DNA of 32,000 nucleotides from Mycobacterium tuberculosis H37Rv (GTDB lineage Bacteria; Actinomycetota; Actinomycetes; Mycobacteriales; Mycobacteriaceae): NCBI RefSeq assembly GCF_000195955.2, contig NC_000962.3, positions 480,001 to 512,000 of the forward strand, read 5' to 3'. Shown piece by piece: positions 23,496 to 32,000 of this stretch (position 1 is its first letter; each line of letters starts with the position of its first letter). The notes under the pieces were generated by a model. It saw only the letters and a program-made list of their open reading frames with translations, ran no database searches and was not told where the DNA came from. The position numbers and the translations under genes were made by a program.

Positions 23496-24998
23496 ATGGT
23501 GAACAAATCCAGGATGATGCCGGCGGTGCTGGCCGTGGCTGTGGTCGTCGCATTCCTGACGACGGGCTGTATCCGGTGGTCTACGCAGTCGCGGCCCGTT
23601 GTTAACGGCCCCGCTGCCGCAGAGTTCGCCGTTGCGTTGCGCAACCGGGTGAGCACCGACGCGATGATGGCGCACCTATCGAAACTGCAGGACATCGCCA
23701 ACGCCAACGACGGCACTCGCGCGGTGGGCACCCCTGGCTATCAGGCCAGCGTCGACTATGTGGTAAACACACTGCGCAACAGCGGTTTTGATGTGCAAAC
23801 CCCGGAGTTCTCCGCTCGCGTGTTCAAGGCCGAAAAAGGGGTGGTGACCCTCGGCGGCAACACCGTGGAGGCGAGGGCGCTCGAGTACAGCCTCGGCACA
23901 CCGCCGGACGGGGTGACGGGCCCGCTGGTGGCTGCCCCCGCCGACGACAGTCCGGGCTGCAGTCCGTCGGACTACGACAGGCTGCCGGTGTCCGGTGCGG
24001 TGGTGCTGGTAGATCGCGGCGTCTGTCCTTTTGCCCAGAAGGAAGACGCAGCCGCGCAGCGCGGTGCGGTGGCGCTGATCATTGCTGACAACATCGACGA
24101 GCAGGCGATGGGCGGCACCCTGGGGGCTAATACCGACGTCAAGATCCCGGTGGTGAGTGTCACCAAGTCGGTCGGATTCCAGCTACGCGGACAGTCTGGG
24201 CCAACCACCGTCAAGCTCACGGCGAGCACCCAAAGTTTCAAGGCCCGCAACGTCATCGCGCAGACGAAGACGGGGTCGTCGGCCAACGTGGTGATGGCAG
24301 GTGCGCATTTGGACAGCGTTCCGGAAGGACCCGGCATCAACGACAACGGCTCGGGAGTGGCTGCGGTTCTGGAAACGGCAGTGCAGCTGGGGAACTCACC
24401 GCATGTGTCCAACGCGGTACGGTTCGCCTTCTGGGGCGCCGAGGAATTCGGCCTGATTGGGTCACGAAACTACGTCGAGTCGCTGGACATCGACGCGCTC
24501 AAAGGCATCGCGCTGTATCTGAACTTCGACATGTTGGCGTCGCCGAACCCGGGTTACTTCACCTACGACGGTGACCAGTCGCTGCCGCTAGACGCCCGCG
24601 GTCAGCCGGTGGTGCCCGAAGGCTCGGCCGGTATCGAGCGCACGTTCGTCGCCTATCTGAAGATGGCCGGCAAGACCGCGCAGGACACCTCGTTCGACGG
24701 TCGGTCCGACTACGACGGCTTCACGCTGGCGGGTATCCCTTCGGGTGGCCTGTTCTCCGGCGCTGAGGTCAAGAAGTCCGCCGAGCAAGCCGAGCTCTGG
24801 GGCGGCACCGCCGACGAGCCTTTCGATCCCAACTATCACCAGAAGACAGACACCCTGGACCATATCGACCGCACCGCGCTCGGTATCAACGGCGCTGGCG
24901 TCGCGTACGCGGTGGGTTTGTATGCGCAGGACCTCGGCGGCCCCAACGGGGTTCCGGTCATGGCGGACCGCACCCGCCACCTGATTGCCAAACCGTGA
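23496..24998 (+). CDS. lpqL: Lipoprotein aminopeptidase (M28 family with PA domain) LpqL
   Basis: The start is taken at ATG 23496 (MVNKSRMMPAVLAVAVVVAFLTTGC), giving a signal peptide plus lipobox Cys. A TAATCT -10-like hexamer ends 7-8 nt upstream (23483-23488), which is compatible with a leaderless or near-leaderless mRNA. M28 metal-ligand context is present (HLDS, NDNGSG, EEFGLIGS). Confidence 0.9.
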   Translation: MVNKSRMMPAVLAVAVVVAFLTTGCIRWSTQSRPVVNGPAAAEFAVALRNRVSTDAMMAHLSKLQDIANANDGTRAVGTPGYQASVDYVVNTLRNSGFDVQTPEFSARVFKAEKGVVTLGGNTVEARALEYSLGTPPDGVTGPLVAAPADDSPGCSPSDYDRLPVSGAVVLVDRGVCPFAQKEDAAAQRGAVALIIADNIDEQAMGGTLGANTDVKIPVVSVTKSVGFQLRGQSGPTTVKLTASTQSFKARNVIAQTKTGSSANVVMAGAHLDSVPEGPGINDNGSGVAAVLETAVQLGNSPHVSNAVRFAFWGAEEFGLIGSRNYVESLDIDALKGIALYLNFDMLASPNPGYFTYDGDQSLPLDARGQPVVPEGSAGIERTFVAYLKMAGKTAQDTSFDGRSDYDGFTLAGIPSGGLFSGAEVKKSAEQAELWGGTADEPFDPNYHQKTDTLDHIDRTALGINGAGVAYAVGLYAQDLGGPNGVPVMADRTRHLIAKP

Positions 24999-25085
24999 TC
25001 CGGGCCTGATCTCGCCACTGACCCCGCACCGACCGATCTAGAATGGGATTTCCTTGGTGCATGCCGGGCGGGACGGGGTTAGGAG

Positions 25086-26582
25086 ATGCATGGTCGCGGG
25101 CGGTATCGACCTCTGGTCCGCTGTGTTCGCCCTCGCCGGGTGGCCGCGTCGGTGCGGACCCCGATCGCCTGTCTAGCGGCGGTGGTCGTGATAGCCGGCT
25201 GCACGACCGTCGTCGACGGGCGGGCGCTGTCCATCCTCAACGACCCGTTCCGGGTGGGGGGTCTGCCCGCGACCAACGGTCCGAGCGGCGCCCGCCCCGA
25301 CGCACCGGCTGCGTCGGGCACGGTGATCAACACCAACAACGGAGCGATCGACAAGTTGTCGTTGTTGTCGGTCAACGACATCGAGGACTACTGGATGGCG
25401 GTCTACAGCGAATCGCTGAAGGGCACCTTCCGGCCGGTCGGCAAGCTGGTGTCCTACGATTCCAACGACCCAAGTAGTCCGATCGTCTGCCACATTGACA
25501 CCTATCAGCTCGTCAACGCCTTTTTCAGCTCTCGGTGCAACTTGATTGCCTGGGATCGAGGGGTCTTCATGGCGGTCGCGCAAGAATACTTCGGCGACAT
25601 GTCCGTCAATGGTGTGCTGGCACACGAATTCGGGCATGCTCTGCAAGTGATGGCGAATTTGGTTACCAGGAAAGATCCCACCATCGTCCGCGAGCAGCAA
25701 GCGGATTGCTTCGCCGGGGTCTATCTGTGGTGGGTGGCCGAAGGTAAGTCGACACGCTTTACGCTGAGCACCGCGGACGGGCTCGACCACGTGCTCGCCG
25801 GCATCATCACCACCCGAGACCCGGTGATGGAAGCCGATGCGGAAAACGACGACGAACATGGGTCGGCCTTGGATCGGGTCAGCGCGTTCCAGCTGGGCTT
25901 CATCAACGGCACGCCGGCGTGCGCGGCGATCGACGAGGACGAAGTCGAGCGGCGCCGCGGTGACCTGCCGACGGCGTTGCGGGTCGATGCCAGCGGCAAC
26001 CCAGAGACCGGCGAGGTCGGAATCAACGAAGAGACCCTCTCGACGTTGATGGAGTTGATGGGCAAGATCTTCTCGCCGAAGAATCCGCCCACGCTGTCCT
26101 ACCAGCCGGCCGGTTGCCCAGACGCCAAGCCCAGCCCACCGGCCGCCTACTGTCCGGCCACCAACACCATCGTGGTCGACCTGCCCGCCCTGGCGAGGAT
26201 GGGCAAGGTGGCCTCGGCAGCGGAACACAGCCTGCCGCAGGGCGATGACACGTCGTTGTCGATTGTGATGTCGCGGTACGCGTTGGCGGTGCAGCACGAA
26301 CGCGGGCTGCCGATGCAGAGCCCGTGGACCGCCTTACGGACGGCGTGCCTGACCGGCGTTGCGCACCGCAAGATGGCCGTGCCCATCGACCTGCCCTCCG
26401 GCCAGCAACTCGTACTTACCGCGGGTGATCTCGACGAAGCGGTTTCCGGGTTGCTGACCAACCGCATGGTCGCCAGTGACGCCGACGGTGTCAGCGTTCC
26501 GGCCGGTTTCACTCGGATAGCCGCGTTCCGTGCCGGCGTGGGCGGCGACATGGACGCATGCTATGCCCGGTATCCGGGATAG
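25086..26582 (+). CDS. lpqM: Lipoprotein zinc metallopeptidase LpqM
   Basis: 498-aa ORF with the lipobox VIAGC after a basic N-region and the HExxH motif AHEFGHAL. AGGAG abuts ATG 25086, which is unusually close. In-frame GTG codons a few codons downstream are alternative starts. Confidence 0.9.
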   Translation: MHGRGRYRPLVRCVRPRRVAASVRTPIACLAAVVVIAGCTTVVDGRALSILNDPFRVGGLPATNGPSGARPDAPAASGTVINTNNGAIDKLSLLSVNDIEDYWMAVYSESLKGTFRPVGKLVSYDSNDPSSPIVCHIDTYQLVNAFFSSRCNLIAWDRGVFMAVAQEYFGDMSVNGVLAHEFGHALQVMANLVTRKDPTIVREQQADCFAGVYLWWVAEGKSTRFTLSTADGLDHVLAGIITTRDPVMEADAENDDEHGSALDRVSAFQLGFINGTPACAAIDEDEVERRRGDLPTALRVDASGNPETGEVGINEETLSTLMELMGKIFSPKNPPTLSYQPAGCPDAKPSPPAAYCPATNTIVVDLPALARMGKVASAAEHSLPQGDDTSLSIVMSRYALAVQHERGLPMQSPWTALRTACLTGVAHRKMAVPIDLPSGQQLVLTAGDLDEAVSGLLTNRMVASDADGVSVPAGFTRIAAFRAGVGGDMDACYARYPG

Positions 26583-26971
26583 GACTGGCCCTGATGTTGA
26601 TCGTTGTGCACCCACATCACCAAAAACCCGGTGACCAGCAACCACCCCAGGGCAACGGACGGGATCGCCCAGGCGCGACGTACGAGTAGTGCGGTGTCAC
26701 AACGCGTGACCAGGGCCTGAGTGTTGTCGTTGCCGTCGGCGTACAGCGCCTGGGTGAGGTTGGAGCGCCAGCCGCTGCCACAGGTGACCTTGATGCCATA
26801 CGCATCGTATTGATCCAGGTAGACCGGAAACCACAGCGCCATCAGACCAATGACCGCCAGCAGCAGGCCAGTAATTCCGATGAACATCTGGCGACGATTC
26901 ACGGCTTCTCCATGTCTTGCGATGTGCATTCGGGATTCGGGCGCCGCAGCGCTCGCGTCATGCAAGCGCAA
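26561..26971 (-). CDS. Small membrane protein with two TM helices flanking a Cys-containing loop (Rv0420c-like)
   Basis: 136-aa ORF with hydrophobic segments FIGITGLLLAVIGLMALWF and AIPSVALGWLLVTGFLVMWV. The function is unknown and the start is uncertain, since several in-frame Met codons exist. It overlaps the lpqM 3' end by 22 nt. Confidence 0.75.
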   Translation of the reverse strand: MRLHDASAAAPESRMHIARHGEAVNRRQMFIGITGLLLAVIGLMALWFPVYLDQYDAYGIKVTCGSGWRSNLTQALYADGNDNTQALVTRCDTALLVRRAWAIPSVALGWLLVTGFLVMWVHNDQHQGQSYPGYRA

Positions 26972-27131
26972 ATGCGGGCTTTGCCAACAAAGGCCGGGTG
27001 GCCACGCCCAGGCAAGTTGTGAGGGAGGCCCCCCGGGGCCGCAACCATGTTAACGCGCGTCCGCCTAAGCATTCAGCGCGCCGTGCCCTACCGGCACTAC
27101 GCCCGGGCGTGCGTGCGGAACCTGACAGAGC

Positions 27132-27761
27132 TCACGCTATTTGGCCCGCCGACAGACGTAGCGCCGCATCGACCGCCAGCCTGGCGACATCGAGGGTCTT
27201 CGAGCCCAAGTCATGTCGGGCGCCGGTGATCTCGACGACCTCGGTCGGTGCCGAGACCATCGCCGCGGCGGAACGCACCTGGGCCAGCGTGCCGAACGGG
27301 TCCGCCGTTCCGTGGGTGAACACCGTCGGCACTGCGATCCCCGGCAAGTGCTCGGTACGGACGCGTTCCGGCTTTCCCGGCGGATGGACCGGATAGGAGA
27401 ACAGCGTCAGCACGTCGACCGGTGCCTGCCCGGCCGCCACCACCATGGACGTCTGCCGACCGCCGTAGGAATGTCCCCCGGCGATCAGCGGACCCTCGGC
27501 AAGGCCGCGGCACAGCTGGATCGCTTCGACGATGCCGGCACGGTCGCCTGACCCCGAGCCGGATGGCGGACCGGTGGGTCGGCGTCGGCGGTAGGGCAGG
27601 TTGTAGCGCACGGCCAGCCATCCTCGGCGGGTCCATTCGGCGCAAACCTGTTGCAACAGTGTGGATTCGCGGCTACCGCCCGCGCCGTGGGTAAGGACGA
27701 CTACCCCGTGTGGTGGGCCGGCCGGTTGGTGTGCAACGCCGGCGATCTGATCAAGGTTCAT
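27132..27761 (-). CDS. Alpha/beta-fold hydrolase of unknown substrate (Rv0421c-like)
   Basis: The start is taken at ATG 27761 (MNLDQIAG...), which overlaps the thiD TGA as ATGA. The sequence shows an HGAGG oxyanion-hole motif, the nucleophile elbow GGHSYGG, GTADPF (Asp) and GARHDL (His). Confidence 0.8.
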   Translation of the reverse strand: MNLDQIAGVAHQPAGPPHGVVVLTHGAGGSRESTLLQQVCAEWTRRGWLAVRYNLPYRRRRPTGPPSGSGSGDRAGIVEAIQLCRGLAEGPLIAGGHSYGGRQTSMVVAAGQAPVDVLTLFSYPVHPPGKPERVRTEHLPGIAVPTVFTHGTADPFGTLAQVRSAAAMVSAPTEVVEITGARHDLGSKTLDVARLAVDAALRLSAGQIA

Positions 27762-28555
27762 GACAGCCGAAACAGCGGCGAAACGGGCCCGTGGCCGCGG
27801 CCCAGTGGATAGGCCGCGCGCAGGCATTCGGTAACCCATCGCTTCCCGAAGTCCACCGCGTCGGGCACGGTGAAGCCGTGCGCCAACGCGGCGGCGATCG
27901 CGGTCGCCAGCGTGTCACCACCGCCATGGTCATCGCCGGTGGGTAGTCGCTGCGCGTCGAACTGGTAGCAGCTGACGCCGTCATAGAGCAGGTCGCAGCT
28001 GCCGTCCGACGAGCGCAGGTGTCCGCCTTTGACCAGCACCCACTGCGGCCCCAGCGCATGCAGGGCTTTGGCCGCCGCACGCTGCGACTCGGCGTCGACT
28101 ACCTCGATATCTACCAGCAGGCGCGCCTCGTCAAGGTTGGGGGTCAGCAGCGTCGCCAACGGGAACAGCTGACCGCGAAGCGAATCCAGGGCAGACGGTG
28201 CCAACAGCGGGTCTCCGTGCATGGATGCGCATACCGGGTCGACGACGAGCGGAACGGACAGCTCGAGCCGACGCCAGGTCGCGGCCACGGTCGCAACGAT
28301 GCGCGACGAGGCCAGCATCCCGGTCTTGGCGGCTTGAACGCCGATGTCGGTGACGACCGCCTCGATCTGGCCGGCCACCACATCGTTGGGAACTTCATGA
28401 ATATCCTTGACTCCCAACGTGTTCTGTACGGTAACCGCCGTGACTGCGACGCACGCGTGCACTCCTAGCAGTGCCATCGTGCGCATATCGGCTTGGATGC
28501 CGGCACCGCCCCCGGAGTCCGATCCGGCGATGCTCAACACCCGCGGCGGCGTCAT
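27758..28555 (-). CDS. thiD: Hydroxymethylpyrimidine / phosphomethylpyrimidine kinase
   Basis: The ribokinase-like ThiD sequence begins RVLSIAGSDSGGGAGIQADM. ATG 28555 gives an N-terminus like other ThiD proteins (265 aa). An alternative GTG at 28585 overlaps the thiC TGA as GTGA (275 aa). Confidence 0.9.
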   Translation of the reverse strand: MTPPRVLSIAGSDSGGGAGIQADMRTMALLGVHACVAVTAVTVQNTLGVKDIHEVPNDVVAGQIEAVVTDIGVQAAKTGMLASSRIVATVAATWRRLELSVPLVVDPVCASMHGDPLLAPSALDSLRGQLFPLATLLTPNLDEARLLVDIEVVDAESQRAAAKALHALGPQWVLVKGGHLRSSDGSCDLLYDGVSCYQFDAQRLPTGDDHGGGDTLATAIAAALAHGFTVPDAVDFGKRWVTECLRAAYPLGRGHGPVSPLFRLS

Positions 28556-28581
28556 TCCCGGCGGTGCCAGCGGGAGGTAGT

Positions 28582-30322
<1,741 letters not shown>

Positions 30323-30326
30323 ACCC

Positions 30327-30338
30327 CCACGCTAGCGC
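30327..30338 (-). promoter_or_regulatory. Candidate promoter element GCGCTAGCGTGG (-10-like TAGCGT) for the thiC riboswitch transcript
   Basis: The same 12-mer occurs at 21033-21044 (plus strand) ahead of the thiO riboswitch. Here the 7th nt after the hexamer is an A (30322), immediately before the riboswitch. Confidence 0.35.
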
Positions 30339-30376
30339 AGCGCGGCGCCGGTGTGCACGGACGGCCCGATGCCGCG

Positions 30377-30652
30377 TTAGGCCTCTTCCATCGCCTCGCC
30401 GAGTTCCTCGAGGACCCGGTTGTGGTGGTTATTTGCCAAGATATGTCCGGTGGCGATAACCAGGGCGACCGGCCAGTCGATGAGTTCGAGGGCAGCGAGT
30501 GCCGCCAGACCTCCGTAGTAGGCCAGGTGCTCTGGCCGCGGAATCTTCACTTGGCCGCAGATCGGGAGGTTCATCACAATAGTCTCCGCTTCGCGGATCT
30601 TAGCCACGGCCTCACGCTGAGATGTCGCTCGACGCGTATTCTTTTCGGCCAT
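30377..30652 (-). CDS. Hypothetical 91-aa protein with one hydrophobic segment (Rv0424c-like)
   Basis: The ORF has two adjacent ATG starts (30655 and 30652). It has a hydrophobic core YYGGLAALAALELIDWPVALVIATGHIL and an acidic C-terminus. It lies 46-49 nt downstream of ctpH on the same strand. Confidence 0.7.
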   Translation of the reverse strand: MAEKNTRRATSQREAVAKIREAETIVMNLPICGQVKIPRPEHLAYYGGLAALAALELIDWPVALVIATGHILANNHHNRVLEELGEAMEEA

Positions 30653-30701
30653 CATTTGCCTTTCAGTAACGAAGGGTTTGCCGTTGTGCAGGGTGGTGCG
30701 G

Positions 30702-32000
30702 TCACCGTCGGGGGTATGTCGACGAGGACCGATGCGCTGGCGGACCCTTTGGCTTCGTCGTTTGCCTTGTTGCTGACGGTGCCTTTACTGGAGCTTTACG
30801 CCGTGCTGTGGCGCGTCGGCGTCGTCGAGGTCCGGGGGGCGCACCGGGGGACGCGTCGCGGGAAAGCGCATCGGTCTCGGGTGGTTGCGGGTTCGGCTGG
30901 CCCGATTTGTCCCGACCCGTCAGCACACGGTTCAGCACGGCGACGGCGACGGTCGCAGCAGTCGCGGCTGCTGTCGCCTGCGCCCAGCCGAGTGGGTCGA
31001 GGGGGGTGCAGCCGAGCAACTGGCTGACGACGGGGATGCTGATCAAGGTTGCCAGCGCGGCCAGTGAGCCCAGTGCGGTGAGCACAACCAGCCAGGCATG
31101 CGAGTCCACCAAGGTTTGACCCAACTGAGCGGCCACCAGCGCCACCAGCGCCACCGTGGATGCGCGGCGCGGCAAGCCGGTGAACCCCGCCATCACCCAG
31201 GCCACGGTGGCCGCGGCCGCCGTGGTCGCCCCGCGGATACCGACGGCACGCCATAGCTCGCGTTGATCGGGACCGCGGGTTGCCGGCGTTACCGGGTCGC
31301 TTGGCTTGCTGACCGCGAGCGCCGCCGCGGGCAGTGCGTCGGTCAGCATGTTCACCAGCAGCAGCTGACGGGTGTTCAACGGCGAGGTCCCGGTGATAGC
31401 GCTGCCGATGATGGCAAAGGCCACCTCGCCCGCGTTGCCGCCGAGCAGCACAGACACTGCCGCTTGCACCCGCTGCCAAAGCTGGCGTCCTTCCAGGATT
31501 GCGGGCAGCAATGACTCGATCCGGCCGTCGACCAACACCAGGTCGGCGGCGACTCGGGCCGGGTCGCTGCCGTGGGCGACGACACCGATGCCGACGGTGG
31601 CGGCGCGGATCGCGGCCGCGTCATTGGAGCCGTCGCCGACCATTGCGCACACCCGGCCGCTGTGTTCCAGCGTCTGCACGATCTGTACCTTGTTCTCCGG
31701 TGTCATCCGGGCGAAGATCACCCGCTCGGCTACCGCTCGCTCCTGGTCCTTGCGTGACAGGGCATCCCACTCGGCACCGCTAATGACCTGCTCAGGGCTC
31801 ACTTGCATGCCGAGCTCCTCGGCGATGGCGGCGGCGGTAATCGGGTGATCACCGGTGATCAGCCGGATATCCAGATCGTGCTCGTGCAGGTCCGCAAGTA
31901 GGGCCGCCGCCTGGGCGCGGGGGGTGTCGGACAACCCAAGAAACCCCACCAGACTCAACTCGTCGCGGCACAATCTCGCGATCTCGTCGGGGTCGTCCAC
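30702..32000 (-). CDS. ctpH: P-type cation-transporting ATPase CtpH, C-terminal part (gene continues beyond the window)
   Basis: P-type ATPase motifs are present: LITGDHPITA, the hinge motif MVGDGSNDAAAIRAATVGIGV, and C-terminal TM helices. The ORF is open to the window edge. Confidence 0.9.
   Translation of the reverse strand: MDDPDEIARLCRDELSLVGFLGLSDTPRAQAAALLADLHEHDLDIRLITGDHPITAAAIAEELGMQVSPEQVISGAEWDALSRKDQERAVAERVIFARMTPENKVQIVQTLEHSGRVCAMVGDGSNDAAAIRAATVGIGVVAHGSDPARVAADLVLVDGRIESLLPAILEGRQLWQRVQAAVSVLLGGNAGEVAFAIIGSAITGTSPLNTRQLLLVNMLTDALPAAALAVSKPSDPVTPATRGPDQRELWRAVGIRGATTAAAATVAWVMAGFTGLPRRASTVALVALVAAQLGQTLVDSHAWLVVLTALGSLAALATLISIPVVSQLLGCTPLDPLGWAQATAAATAATVAVAVLNRVLTGRDKSGQPNPQPPETDALSRDASPGAPPGPRRRRRATARRKAPVKAPSATRQTTKPKGPPAHRSSSTYPRR

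Noticed and set aside
25173..26297. 374-aa minus-strand ORF antisense to lpqM
   Set aside because: It is Arg/Gly/Val-rich with no motifs, and it lies opposite a CDS with lipobox and HExxH motifs. It is a shadow ORF.
27099..27110. 12-bp palindrome acgcccgggcgt between Rv0421c and Rv0420c
   Set aside because: Several 12-bp palindromes are expected by chance in 32 kb of GC-rich DNA, and nothing in the context supports a function.

Overview
This is high-GC actinobacterial chromosome. From the protein sequences and gene order (memory, not a search) I recognise it as the Mycobacterium tuberculosis complex region Rv0401 to Rv0425c. Window coordinate plus about 480,000 seems to equal the H37Rv coordinate, which should be confirmed by alignment.

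Gene content, left to right:
- the tail of a small membrane protein
- mmpL1-mmpS1 (minus strand), divergent from fadD30-pks6 (plus strand)
- an MBL-fold hydrolase
- fgd1-pta-ackA
- the Rv0412c(glnX)-glnH-pknG operon (minus strand)
- mutT3
- thiamine genes in three units: thiE, thiO-thiS-thiG, and thiC-thiD plus an alpha/beta hydrolase
- the lipoprotein peptidases lpqL and lpqM and a small membrane protein, sitting between the thiamine units
- a 91-codon ORF and the 3' part of the P-type ATPase ctpH

I found no rRNA, tRNA, IS element or CRISPR array. Two TPP riboswitches can be read directly from the sequence, upstream of thiO and of thiC.

Observations most worth following up:
1. fadD30-pks6 lies in a low-GC island. 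It encodes a Pks13-type ACP-KS-AT-ACP-TE synthase coupled to a fatty-acyl-AMP ligase (FAAL) and sits next to an MmpS/MmpL exporter. The product cannot be read from the sequence.
2. pks6 is itself compositionally chimeric.
3. A 54-bp MIRU-like tandem repeat sits between Rv0406c and fgd1 and encodes the annotated N-terminus of Rv0406c.
4. An identical 12-mer carrying a -10-like TAGCGT precedes both TPP riboswitches. At thiE/thiO it is part of an 18-bp perfect palindrome placed correctly for a leaderless thiE.
5. An alpha/beta hydrolase is translationally coupled to thiD, inside the riboswitch-controlled thiC operon.

All regulatory and functional interpretations are inferences from sequence reading and need the stated checks.
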